The position numbers and the translations under genes were made by a program. DNA of 45,475 nucleotides from assembly GCA_963749595.1 (NCBI GenBank), contig CAVVNJ010000010.1:131223-176697 (forward strand). Reading direction: 5' to 3'. The DNA comes from Candidatus Woesebacteria bacterium. GTDB taxonomy: Bacteria; Patescibacteriota; Microgenomatia; UBA1400; UBA1396. Every line of letters begins with the position of its first letter. The first letter of the stretch is position 1. Positions 17,796-27,759 of this stretch are shown here, piece after piece. The notes beneath the pieces were generated by a model. The model worked only from the letters and a program-made list of their open reading frames with translations, did not search any database and had not been told where the DNA came from.

Positions 17796-18625
17796 ACTCC
17801 TCGGTCCTTTACGACGCGCCCGGCCCCAGGATGCGGCGGATATCGCGCATCGTTTCCATTGTTGGTCTCTTGGCGATGGCCGGCGGGATCGCATGGTTGT
17901 TAGCCATCCTCGCTGCACCCCGCGAAACACAGCCCGGGATCGTGCAACCCGGGTTGTTCGACTCGTCCCGCTGGAACATCTTCTATGAGCCCTTCCGTGG
18001 CTACAGTCCCGTTCAAGTGTGGAATGGCATTCTCAGCGGGCTCCTGGCCACTTTCGGCGCCGCGGTCGTCGCGGGCATTCTGGCGATGTGCTTGGGCCTG
18101 GTCATTTGCTTGTTGCGACTTGCCAAAAGAAAGTGGCTGCGCGTGCCCACCACAATCCTCCTGGAATTCGTGCGCGGCATGCCGGTCCTGCTGATGATGC
18201 TCTTTATCCTGCTGGTGTTCGGGATGTCCACCTTCTGGGTGGTGGTGGCGGCGCTGGCGATTTACAATGGCGCCATCATCGGCGAGGCCATTCGCGCGGG
18301 CATCCAGTCCCTGCCACGGGGACAACGCGAGGCGGGTCTATCTCTTGGACTGAGCAGCCTGCAGGTGAGGTTGATTGTCGAGTTGCCGCAGGCGCTACGC
18401 CAAATGACGCCGATCATCGTAGCTCAACTCGTGGTTTTGCTTAAGGATACTTCGCTGGCTTACATCATCGGCTATGAGGATCTCCTAAAGAAGGTCACAA
18501 ACCTGTCGAACTTCTACGGTGATCGGTACTTCTTTTCGGTGTTCTTTGTCGCCCTGATCGCCTATCTGATCGTGAATCTGAGTCTGTCGTGGTTCGCCTG
18601 GTATCTGTCCAGGCACGTGCGCTAG
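17792..18625 (+). CDS. gluD: Amino acid ABC transporter permease
   Basis: 'SSVLYDAPGPR', 'RGMPVLL', 'GQREAGLSLG', 'LLKDTSL'. Confidence 0.9.
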   Translation: MNSSVLYDAPGPRMRRISRIVSIVGLLAMAGGIAWLLAILAAPRETQPGIVQPGLFDSSRWNIFYEPFRGYSPVQVWNGILSGLLATFGAAVVAGILAMCLGLVICLLRLAKRKWLRVPTTILLEFVRGMPVLLMMLFILLVFGMSTFWVVVAALAIYNGAIIGEAIRAGIQSLPRGQREAGLSLGLSSLQVRLIVELPQALRQMTPIIVAQLVVLLKDTSLAYIIGYEDLLKKVTNLSNFYGDRYFFSVFFVALIAYLIVNLSLSWFAWYLSRHVR

Positions 18626-18813
18626 GGCCGACAGACCTGTGCCAGGGGGCCGCGGTGGGACGCTTTCGCGTTTGACGCGCTGCCCGGCGGGGTCGCGGCG
18701 CGGCGCTAAAACCGGGTTGATCGCACGAGCGCAAGCGCGGGACACCGCAGCTGTCATCCTCGACGTGGTTGTGAAATGGGCGTACATTAGATTGCTAATA
18801 AGCCGAACTCCTC

Positions 18814-19713
18814 ATGAAAACCATTGCCCTCGTAGGCTTGGTCGCCGGCGCGCTCACGAGCACCGGATTCTCTCAAGCTCCCGTGGAAACGCCGCCGGAA
18901 ATGGCCGAAGTCGTCGCGAATGACCGCGCTTACGAAGCCGCCTATGCGAAGTCCGATGTCGAAGCGCTCGTGGCTTTTTTCACCGACGACGCGGACTACA
19001 CGACGAAAGAGGGGCGCACTTTCAGCGGCCGCGCGGAGATCGAGGCCGCGATCCGCGCCGGGTTGACGGCCAATCGCGGATCGAAGCTTGCGATCAATGC
19101 GGAGACTGTCCGTGTGCTCGGGCCCGAGAGTCTGATGGAGAAAGGTTCGACGATGGTAACCTCGAAGGACGGTGAAACCAACGGCGAACTTTATACCGCC
19201 ATTCTCATCAAGAAGGATGGCAAGTGGAAGATCAGTCAGCTGATTGAATCACCCCTGCCGGACGTTTCGCCGCACGACCGGCTTTCGGAGCTCGCCTGGC
19301 TCGTGGGCGATTGGGAGGAAACCGACAAGTCGGATGATCTCTTCATACGCAGCACGTATTCGTGGGGGCGCGGCGGAAGTTTCCTTACCCGCAGCGTGAC
19401 GGTGAAGCGTGGCGACACGGTGACGCTCGAGGGTTGGCAGATCATCGGGTGGGATCCGATCGAGGAACGCCTCCGTTCATGGACCTTCGACAGCGAAGGC
19501 GGATTTGCCGAAGGGTACTTCACCCGCGAGGGAAGTCGCTGGCTGCTCCGCGAGACGGGCGTCACCCCCGAGGGCAGCCGGACCGGAGCGGACCATACCA
19601 TTACCAAGATCAGCGGGGACCGCTTTACATGGGAATCGAACAACCGGACGCTCGACGGCGACCCTCAGCCAGGCATCGGCCCCATCCGGATTGATCGAGT
19701 AGAGGGAAATTGA
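18814..19713 (+). CDS. Secreted SgcJ/EcaC (NTF2-like, DUF4440) domain protein with second beta domain
   Basis: Signal peptide; 'YEAAYAKSDVEALVAFFTDDADY...GRAEI...GKWKI'; second domain 'LAWLVGDW...IGWDP...SWTFDSEGGF'. Confidence 0.85.
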   Translation: MKTIALVGLVAGALTSTGFSQAPVETPPEMAEVVANDRAYEAAYAKSDVEALVAFFTDDADYTTKEGRTFSGRAEIEAAIRAGLTANRGSKLAINAETVRVLGPESLMEKGSTMVTSKDGETNGELYTAILIKKDGKWKISQLIESPLPDVSPHDRLSELAWLVGDWEETDKSDDLFIRSTYSWGRGGSFLTRSVTVKRGDTVTLEGWQIIGWDPIEERLRSWTFDSEGGFAEGYFTREGSRWLLRETGVTPEGSRTGADHTITKISGDRFTWESNNRTLDGDPQPGIGPIRIDRVEGN

Positions 19714-19717
19714 TGCC

Positions 19718-21568
19718 GTGCTCCGAAGACTTCCATCCGTCCTTGCCCTGACGACGGTGCTTGCCCTGTTCTTTGAGAGCGCGGCGGTTTATGCGGGGCG
19801 TGGCGGTGGGGGCGGACGAGGGGGTGGCGGGGGAAGCTTTTCGCGGCCTTCCGGGGGCGGCTCCCGTCCCTCAGGCGGGCATGTCTCACGACCCTCGGGA
19901 GGGGGAAACGTCTCGCGCCCGTCTGGCGGGAACGTCTCGCGCCCGTCGGGTGGGAACGTCTCGCGGCCCGCGCAACTTCCTTCCAGCAGCGTCTCACGAC
20001 CGAGTAATGGACGTGTGCCATCCACTCCTTCGAAGCGGCCCACCGGCGGCCAGCGTCCAACGGGCGGAGGGAGCGCCGCGCAGCTTCCGTCCAGTAATCG
20101 GCCGAGCACAGCGAAGCGACCTTCCAAGCCTTCCAACCAACCGGCAACACGCCCGGGAGGCGGGGAGCGTCCGTCACAAATGCCAACGCGTCCCGGGGGT
20201 GCGGAGCGGCCTGAGACACGTCCAGGAGGTGGTGTTGCGGAGCGACCGACGCAAAAGCCGACGCGTCCCGGGGTTGGCGAGCGGCCTGAGACGCGTCCGG
20301 GAGGCGGCCTGGCGGAACGCCCGGAGGCGGGCCCAGGGGGGCGGCCCGCGCAGCTTCCCGCCAAACCCGGGACGGGAGTAGCCGAGCGTCCCGGAGGGAA
20401 ACCCAGCCAACACCCGAGCGCGGGCGAGGTGGGGAATTTTCTGGGTATCGCCGGGGGCGCGGCGGCCGGGGGCGCGATTGGCGGCGCCCTGGCCAATCGC
20501 CCGACGCAGCTTTCAGCGGAACGTCCCGGACTCGGCGAGCGTCCGGCGCGACCGGAGGAGCGGTCCAACTGGGGGGAGTGGTCACAGAATCGCGGCGGTC
20601 AGTGGCAACAGCGCGTGGACAATCGAAACGACGCCTGGAACCAGCGCGCCGACAACCGTCAAGAGGCGCGTAGCAACTTCCAACAGACCCGCGACGAGCG
20701 CTGGAACAACCTGGAAAGCGCCCGGGAAGACCGTCAGGCATGGCGCGATCAGAATCGCGAGGATTGGCAGCAGCACCGTCAGGATCTGTGGAACTACCGT
20801 GGGGAGCGCGCGGAGGAGGTCTGGGACAACGCCCGCGATTTTTACGACGGCGTGTTTGATGATCGCTGGTGGGGTGTCTGCGGCTGGGGCGGGGCGTGGG
20901 TCGGCAATTATCCCATCAATCCCTGGTGGTGGTGGGCGCCGGCCGCGTTTGGGGCCGCCGCGGTCTTTGTCGACGTGGTCACCCCGGATCCGATCTACGT
21001 GGATTACGGTATGAATGTCATTTACGAGGGCGACACGGTCTATGTGAACAATCAACCGTTTCCCACCGAGCAATACGTCCAACCGGCGATCGACCTCGCC
21101 ACGAGTGTCGAGCAACCGCCGCCGCCGCTGCCGGCCGCGACGCCTGCGCCCACGACCCAACCGGCCGCCGCTCCGACTCAGGAATGGATGCCGTTTGGCG
21201 TCTTTGCGCTTGCGCAGGAAGAGAAAGGCGACCCGGCCATGTTCTTCCAGATTTCCGTCAATCGCGCGGGCATCATTAGCGGCGCCTACACGAGCGTCAT
21301 CACCGGTGACCAGCGGCCCATCGCCGGGCAGGTGGACAAAACCACTCAGCGCGTCGCGTGGCGGATCGGCGACAATACGGAGACGATCTTCGAGACCAGC
21401 CTCGCGAATCTCACGCAGGACGTCTCACCTGTCGCCATCCACTTTGGAAAGGCGCAAACGCAGGTTTGGCTGCTTGTCCGCATGCCCGAACCGGCCCTTG
21501 GCGATCACTCGCAGCAGCTTCCCGAAGCGCCCAAAACGCCGCCGCCACTCAGCAAGCCAAAGGCATAG
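19718..21568 (+). CDS. Secreted low-complexity repeat protein (SRPSGG / RPGG-ERP repeats, Trp/Arg/Gln-rich segment, globular C-terminus)
   Basis: Signal peptide, repeats, 'PWWWW', 'YVDYGMNVIYEGDTVY', 'EWMPFGVFAL...GAYT...RVAW'. Confidence 0.8.
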   Translation: MLRRLPSVLALTTVLALFFESAAVYAGRGGGGGRGGGGGSFSRPSGGGSRPSGGHVSRPSGGGNVSRPSGGNVSRPSGGNVSRPAQLPSSSVSRPSNGRVPSTPSKRPTGGQRPTGGGSAAQLPSSNRPSTAKRPSKPSNQPATRPGGGERPSQMPTRPGGAERPETRPGGGVAERPTQKPTRPGVGERPETRPGGGLAERPEAGPGGRPAQLPAKPGTGVAERPGGKPSQHPSAGEVGNFLGIAGGAAAGGAIGGALANRPTQLSAERPGLGERPARPEERSNWGEWSQNRGGQWQQRVDNRNDAWNQRADNRQEARSNFQQTRDERWNNLESAREDRQAWRDQNREDWQQHRQDLWNYRGERAEEVWDNARDFYDGVFDDRWWGVCGWGGAWVGNYPINPWWWWAPAAFGAAAVFVDVVTPDPIYVDYGMNVIYEGDTVYVNNQPFPTEQYVQPAIDLATSVEQPPPPLPAATPAPTTQPAAAPTQEWMPFGVFALAQEEKGDPAMFFQISVNRAGIISGAYTSVITGDQRPIAGQVDKTTQRVAWRIGDNTETIFETSLANLTQDVSPVAIHFGKAQTQVWLLVRMPEPALGDHSQQLPEAPKTPPPLSKPKA

Positions 21569-21728
21569 CGCCCCACCCTCTTCCTGCTTTGTGAGAGCGT
21601 GTTGCCTTTACCGCCGCGGCCTCTTCACGATGTCGACTCACGGATGGACTTTCGTCGAGAGGGCTTCTCCAAGACGATCTTGCGAAAGGGGGTTCGGCCC
21701 GGCCACGCGCGGAGCACGGCAGGGAAGA

Positions 21729-22760
21729 TCAGCCGATATTGAACTGCGTTTGAAGACGGAAGGGGACATGGTCGAGGGCGTGGGGCCCACGATCATCACC
21801 GGAGCTCGCACGCATGAACCGAATGGCGCGACGAACAATCTCATCGAGGTCCTGGACGAGCAAGTAGTCAATCTGCTGCGTCCGTAAGAGAGGCTCGGTG
21901 ACTCTGTTCATCTCGTGAGTAATGTAGACGGGACGATACGGATTCCTTAACTCGGCTAATGCCTGGGCCAGGCCGCGGTTGCCCCCCGCGACATTGTAGA
22001 CTCCGAGAATATTCGGGTTCGCTGGCAGCAGTTTTCGAGCGGCCTCATAAGTGGCTTCATCGGAGTCGTCGCCTTTGATGACCTCCAAGACCTCCACGCT
22101 TTCGAATTGCTGGCGCATGATCGAGCGGAATCCGATTTCGCGATCTTCGTGACAGCGGTAGGAAAAGCTGCCAACCACGACGGCGACCTGGGCGCCCGGA
22201 CGACCTTCCAGATGGCGTCCCATCAAATAGCCCGCGACGTTGCCAGCGGCTCGGTTGTCAATGCCGAGATAGGCCGAACGGGCGGACAATTCGAGGTCCG
22301 AAACCAGAGCCAGAACGCGCTTCCCGGCCTGCCGGAGGCGTTTCAGCTCGTCGATAATCGGCGGAATGTCCTTGCCGACGATGGCAACTGCATCCAGTCC
22401 ACTCGTCTGACTTTTGAGCGCTTCGACCACCGCCTCATCGGAGGCGGCGCCCAGCCCCTCGATTTCCGACGCGCGATCCCTGTTTCGCTCGATCGCCGTT
22501 AAGAAAGACTCCGTAAAGGCCTGGCCCGCCTGAATGACAAACCCAAGGCGTTGGGGGGTCTGAGATCTCGATGACCCACCAAAAGTCTCCTGGGTCTTGA
22601 GTTCATATTCTGCCTCGAGCTGGGCGAGCGCCTGGTTCACTTTGTCCCGCGTGCGAGGGTGGACTCCAGCTCGACCATGAAGGACGCGGTCCACGGTTGC
22701 GTTGCTGCAGCCACTCAGGTTCGCAATTTCATCAATGGAGGGTCTCGCCCTGGTTCTCAT
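21729..22760 (-). CDS. LacI-family transcriptional regulator
   Basis: 'SIDEIANLSGCSNATVDRVLHGRAGV', 'YLGIDNRAAG', 'HEDREIGF'. Confidence 0.92.
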   Translation of the reverse strand: MRTRARPSIDEIANLSGCSNATVDRVLHGRAGVHPRTRDKVNQALAQLEAEYELKTQETFGGSSRSQTPQRLGFVIQAGQAFTESFLTAIERNRDRASEIEGLGAASDEAVVEALKSQTSGLDAVAIVGKDIPPIIDELKRLRQAGKRVLALVSDLELSARSAYLGIDNRAAGNVAGYLMGRHLEGRPGAQVAVVVGSFSYRCHEDREIGFRSIMRQQFESVEVLEVIKGDDSDEATYEAARKLLPANPNILGVYNVAGGNRGLAQALAELRNPYRPVYITHEMNRVTEPLLRTQQIDYLLVQDLDEIVRRAIRFMRASSGDDRGPHALDHVPFRLQTQFNIG

Positions 22761-22902
22761 TCCTTGGAGGATATCCTAAAGCCAAGACTACTTCAACTCA
22801 TAAAGCCTCATTACCCATCATCCGCAACGTCGGACGGGAGCGGGCTGTTTGCGCCAGCAGAGCCTGGGGCGTTCGGCTCCAAGCTCCTTCGGCATAAATC
22901 GA

Positions 22903-22919
22903 TCGAGAGTTCCTCTCGA
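22903..22919. terminator. Short hairpin downstream of SDR gene
   Basis: TCGAGAG-TTC-CTCTCGA; no clear U-tract. Confidence 0.25.
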
Positions 22920-22940
22920 CCGTCGGTTGATACGCTTCAC

Positions 22941-23741
22941 CTACTCGGGGTAGGCGCCGGAGACGCGCTGATCGTAGTCGATCAGGGCTCCGGTGATGAC
23001 GCCCGACTCCGGACTCAACAGGTAGGCAGCCAACCCGGCTACTTGATGGGGCTTGACCAATTGGCCCATCGGCTGCGCAGCCTCCGCTTTGGCCAGCCAA
23101 TCGCCACCTACACCGTGGAACTTCTGTTGTGTCGCGTTCTCGCCCGGGGTGTCCATCCAACCGGTGAGGATTCCGTTGCAGCGGATGCGATGGGTGGCGA
23201 AGGCATTGGCGACATTCTTGGTCAGAGTCGCCAGCGCCCCCTTCGAGGCGGAATAGGGCGCCAGGTAGGACTGCCCACAGTGCACCACCATCGAGAGGAT
23301 ATTGACGATGCTGCCTGGCTGGCCGGTTTCGACCAGGTGGCGAACCACCCCTTGCATCAACAAGAAGGGCCCGCTCACGTTGGTATGGAACATCCGGTCG
23401 AGAAGCTCGGGAGTGGTGTCCAGCAGGGTGCCGCGGTCCGGTAAGGCCGCGGCGTTAACCAGAGCATTGACAGAGCCAAAACGCTCAAGGGCGGCGGCGA
23501 CCAGCTGGAAGCAGTCGTCGGCCATCGACACGTCGGCCTTGATGAAGACACAGTCCGTGCCGAGAGCTTGGATGCGGTCAGCCGCCTTCTCTCCCTTGTC
23601 GACGCTGCGTCCGCTCAGAACGATGCCACGCGCACCCTCTCGGGCCAGGCGCTCGGCGATGGCGAAGCCCAAACCTTGGGCTCCTCCGGTGATGATTGCC
23701 GTGGTGGTTCGGTTTCTTAAGAAGAAGTCGTTGTTGTTCAT
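22941..23741 (-). CDS. SDR family oxidoreductase
   Basis: TGGAQGLG, NAA, YSASK catalytic motif. Confidence 0.93.
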   Translation of the reverse strand: MNNNDFFLRNRTTTAIITGGAQGLGFAIAERLAREGARGIVLSGRSVDKGEKAADRIQALGTDCVFIKADVSMADDCFQLVAAALERFGSVNALVNAAALPDRGTLLDTTPELLDRMFHTNVSGPFLLMQGVVRHLVETGQPGSIVNILSMVVHCGQSYLAPYSASKGALATLTKNVANAFATHRIRCNGILTGWMDTPGENATQQKFHGVGGDWLAKAEAAQPMGQLVKPHQVAGLAAYLLSPESGVITGALIDYDQRVSGAYPE

Positions 23742-24754
23742 GGCCAGGTAATTTCACAGTTTGGTTTTAGTTCGATGGTCTTGCCCAGTCGAAGAGATGC
23801 TCCGGCAGCTTCCGCGAGATAGACGGCCCGCAGACCGTCGATGGCCGTCACCGAGGCCGGTTGTCCCTGAGCCAATCCCTGGATGAACGCCTCAATTTCC
23901 AGCCGATAGCTGTCGCCGTAGCGTTCCATGAAGAAGGCTCGAAAGCGATCCGGTGCGCCAAAGCTCGTGCTGGAGAATCGCCTGAAGCCGGTCGCCTGCG
24001 GATTGTCGGACATCACCATGCCCGTCGAGCCGAACGCCTCGATCCTCTGGTCGAAGCCGTAAGCCGTGCGCCGTGAGTTGAGAATGACGGCCTGCTTGCC
24101 GCTCGGTGTGACGAGGGTCACGCAAGCCGTGTCGATATCGCCGAGCTTGCCGATCTCGGGATCGACCAGACAACTGCCACGACTGTGAATGCTGGTGGGT
24201 TCTTCACCGAGCATCCACCGGGCCATGTCGAAGTCATGAATCATCATGTCGCGGAAGAGACCGCCAGACCTGGGTATATATTCGAGCGGGGGCGGATACG
24301 GATCGCGGCTGGTGATGGTCAGTTGCTCCAGATTGCCGATTTCGCCACTCGCGATGGCCTTCTTGACCGAGGCGTGTCCCGGGTCAAAGCGCCGATTGAA
24401 GGCCAGAAAGACCTTTTTCGCCCGATCACCCAGCGCGTCGACGCACAGTTGCGCCTCGGCCAGCGTCGGCGCCAGCGGCTTCTCGCACATCACGGCCTTG
24501 TCAGCCTCGATCGCCTCAATCACGTACTTCACGTGGGTGTCCGAAGAGGTCGCCACCAGCACGGCGGCGACCTCAGGATGACTTATGGCTTCTTCGGCGC
24601 TCCGAGCGACCGATGCGCCGGTCTTCGCAGCGAGGGAGGCCGCGGCCGCCTCAGCCACATCGAAAACAGTTACCAACCTGGCACCTGCAGCCGAAATCGC
24701 CTCCGCGTGGACCTTGGCCATTCGACCCGCTCCCAGTAGCGCAAGACCGATCAT
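23738..24754 (-). CDS. iolG: Inositol 2-dehydrogenase (Gfo/Idh/MocA)
   Basis: GAGRMA, CEKP, 'FNRRFDP', 'TSRDP', 'GGLFRDMMIHDFD'. Confidence 0.88.
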   Translation of the reverse strand: MIGLALLGAGRMAKVHAEAISAAGARLVTVFDVAEAAAASLAAKTGASVARSAEEAISHPEVAAVLVATSSDTHVKYVIEAIEADKAVMCEKPLAPTLAEAQLCVDALGDRAKKVFLAFNRRFDPGHASVKKAIASGEIGNLEQLTITSRDPYPPPLEYIPRSGGLFRDMMIHDFDMARWMLGEEPTSIHSRGSCLVDPEIGKLGDIDTACVTLVTPSGKQAVILNSRRTAYGFDQRIEAFGSTGMVMSDNPQATGFRRFSSTSFGAPDRFRAFFMERYGDSYRLEIEAFIQGLAQGQPASVTAIDGLRAVYLAEAAGASLRLGKTIELKPNCEITWP

Positions 24755-24844
24755 AGCCCACCTCCGATCCGGTAAAGATATGATGTATTATGAAGGATAT
24801 TGTGCGATGGCTTCATAGAATGTGCTTGATATGATAATTGTGAT

Positions 24845-24859
24845 ACATCATCATGATGT
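24845..24859. promoter_or_regulatory. Palindromic putative operator upstream of iolG
   Basis: ACATCAT-C-ATGATGT within an AT-rich intergenic region rich in ATGAT/ATCAT. Confidence 0.45.
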
Positions 24860-25154
24860 TGTCAAATGATATTCTTTGATGGTCATGCATCAGTGTTTGA
24901 CATCAAAATAACAACGCCCATCATCCTCGTATCACCCTCGATTCCTATGAAAGAAACCTCCCTCTTCGTGCTACGGTGACCGCCCCGAAAAAAGTTCTCC
25001 GCAGACTTGCAGGCTGGCGCAAACTCCTGCCGCAATTGCGGTTGTTGGCGTAGTGGAAACCGTCCCTGCCGCTGACCAACCAACCATTCCAATCATCGTC
25101 CAAGATACGACCATGTTTTTCTGGTAGATTGTGGTCGCCGGCGCCCGCAGGGTG

Positions 25155-25332
25155 GGCAGGGAAACTCAATGTGAACGTACCGGAGCTCGGGGCTCAATCC
25201 GAATCCGATATCAACGGCCAGATCTCGATCCTTGAGAATGCGGTATCAGGAAACCCAGCGGCTATCGTGATCGCACCAACCCAATTCAAAGCGCCAGGTC
25301 AGCCGATCAACGAGGCGGCCACGAAGGTTAAG
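25155..25332 (+). pseudogene. Internal fragment of sugar ABC substrate-binding protein
   Basis: 'KLNVNVPELGAQSESDINGQISILENAVSGNPAAIVIAPTQFKA', with no start region or C-terminus. Confidence 0.75.
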
Positions 25333-25547
25333 ACTCAATATTCGTTCAGTTGAGGGGCGAGTGGTCTGGAAACACAAGAATTGGGACGGGAGAGTGAATC
25401 GCCTCAGCGAGTCGCTCTCCCGATCCTTTCGCGACCGCGCATTGGCAGCGGTCCCGCGTGCTTAGCATGCTCGTGAACAACAGAGTGAGCGTTTCGCGGC
25501 GGCTTCGACAGCGCGTCGACCTCCCACCAGGATATCCGCGCAACGGA

Positions 25548-26072
25548 CTACCGGTTTCCGCCGGCCAGGACCGACATGATGGATCGACCTGTATTCGAAG
25601 GACGTGAGCGGCCTTCCGACTCTGAGGCCGCCGATTTCACCGGGACAATGATTATTGGACATGGCGCCTGCTTGACGACCTGCATCAAGACGTTGCCACT
25701 AAGGACATGCTGCGCGGCAAGGTGCCCGTGGCAACCCAGGATGATCAGTTCCGTATGATATCTGGCGGAGTGTTCAAGGATTCCCTCCACCACGAGGCCA
25801 ACGTGAGCCACTGGTTTCACTTCGAGCCTCTCGGTTCGCAAAGGAAGCGCCAGAGAATCCAGACGTGCCTTCAAACCTTTAGGGGCCCGCAACGGCCACG
25901 CAACCGCCGAAATAGCATCCTCTCCTGCTTGCACAGGCAATTGCATCGTCACGGGCTCAACAATATGTAAGAGGATAATTCGGGCCGAGAGTGCGCGTGC
26001 AAGTCCCGCGGCGCTTTCGATGACGGGGTGCGCGGCATCGCTAAAATCGACCGCGGCGAGAATGGTATTCAT
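25548..26072 (-). CDS. Universal stress protein
   Basis: 'ILAAVDFS...ILLHIV...LIILGCHG...GNV..QVVKQAPCPIIIVP'. Confidence 0.9.
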   Translation of the reverse strand: MNTILAAVDFSDAAHPVIESAAGLARALSARIILLHIVEPVTMQLPVQAGEDAISAVAWPLRAPKGLKARLDSLALPLRTERLEVKPVAHVGLVVEGILEHSARYHTELIILGCHGHLAAQHVLSGNVLMQVVKQAPCPIIIVPVKSAASESEGRSRPSNTGRSIMSVLAGGNR

Positions 26073-26380
26073 GACAAACCGCCGACGGTCGCGAGAGCTT
26101 CCCGGTTCGATTCCATGCCTGACTCGCTGCCCAAGGCAAAGAACCGATCTACCGCCCTGATCGCTTCTCGCTCGTCGGGGCCCGACGCTTCAATCTCGAG
26201 CGTGGCGCCAAGACCTGCGCCAAGAATGAGAAGACTAATGATACTATTGGCTTCTGCGGCCTTGTCGTCCAAGCGACAGAGAATGTTGGAACGGAACTGA
26301 CTTGCAAGTCTCGCTAGATTCCCTGCTCGACAAAGGAGCATGCCCTCTTTCCATGGCACGATAACGGTCGTAAGTTTCAT
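26069..26380 (-). CDS. HPr-family phosphocarrier-like protein lacking the catalytic His
   Basis: HPr fold motifs 'ANSIISLLILGA..G..LEIEASGPDE.EA'; the His15 region reads GMLLCRA. Confidence 0.8.
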   Translation of the reverse strand: MKLTTVIVPWKEGMLLCRAGNLARLASQFRSNILCRLDDKAAEANSIISLLILGAGLGATLEIEASGPDEREAIRAVDRFFALGSESGMESNREALATVGGLS

Positions 26381-26679
26381 CTGCGGACCATAATCCATCG
26401 ATGTGGCCATGTCTGCTGGGCGAGCGACGATATTCATGTCGGGTGAGATCCTACACCGAACAACGAAAAGAGTGTGACATTGTTTAGCTCATCTTTGCGT
26501 TCCGGCTCGGTCGAGAGCCGCGGAACTGAGTTCTGCGAGCTAGACTAAAAACAATTAGCGTCCCGTCATTCCTTCGAACATCGTAAAGAAGGCAATGGAG
26601 GCCCGCTTAGTTTCGCCTAGCTCACATCGAAGTCGAATTTCGGTGTCTCAGGAAATGTCAATCCAGGGGATGAGCTTCT

Positions 26680-27664
26680 TTACTGATGTCCAACGACGCG
26701 ATGTGGGACGTACGGCTCTTCCAGGTAAGCGACTTCTTCCTGGGTCAACTTAACGGACAGGGCGCCGACGGCGGTTTCCAGATGCGTGATCTTTGTTGCT
26801 CCGATGATCGGTGCTGTCACCGGTTTCTTCTGTAACAGCCAGGCCAGGGCGATGTGAACGCGCGGAACCCCTTGTTTTTCGGCGATTTCCGCGACCCGCT
26901 CCACGACCTGTCGATCGGTTTCGGCGCTGGCGTCGTACTTGCTTTTCGCGATTTGATCGGTTTCGGAACGAAGCGTGCTTTCGGACGACCAGTCGCGCGT
27001 TAATCTTCCGGACGCGAGGGGACTGTATGGAATCACGCCGATCTTCTCATCGCGGCAGAGCGGCAACATCTCCCGCTCTTCTTCGCGGTAGATGAGGTTC
27101 AGATGATTTTGCATCGACACGAAGCGAGTCCATCCATGCTGCTTCGGCGACGTACAGCGCCTTTTGGAACTGCCACGCGAACATGGCGGAGGCACCGAGA
27201 TAGCGGGCCTTGCCGGCTCTGACCACGTCATGCAGCGCTTCCATCGTTTCCTCGATTGGGGTTTGATAATCCCAGCGATGAATTTGGTAGAGGTCCACGT
27301 AATCCGTCTCCAGCCGCTTCAGGCTTTGGTCGATCTCGCTCAGGATCGCCTTGCGCGATAGCCCGGCGCCATTCGGTCCGTCGCGCATTTTGCCGTGCAC
27401 TTTGGTGGCGATGACGACTTCGTCACGATTCGCGAAATCTTTCAGAGCGCGTCCGAGAATCTCCTCGCTCTTCCCAATGGAGTAGACGTTGGCCGTATCG
27501 AAGAAATTGATCCCCAGCTCGAGAGCTTTCTGGATGATCGGCCGGCTGTTCTCCTCGTTAAGCACCCATTTGTGAATCCAACGTTCCGCATCCCCGAACC
27601 CCATGCAGCCGAGGCAGATTCGGGACACATCCATTCCGGTGTTTCCTAGCTTCGTGTATTCCAT
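26680..27664 (-). CDS. Aldo/keto reductase (frameshift near 27145)
   Basis: 'MEYTKLGNTGMDVSRICLGCMG', 'FFDTANVY', 'DLYQIHRWD', then 'SMQNHLNLIYREEERE', 'PIIGATK'. Confidence 0.9.
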
Positions 27665-27759
27665 ATGATTTCCTCTCTTTCCATGACTGGAGTTCCCGGT
27701 CCGGGCATCGCGATCGTCGATCCTTGTCGTGAAGCTCTTTCTCATCGAGGGCCATCGCA

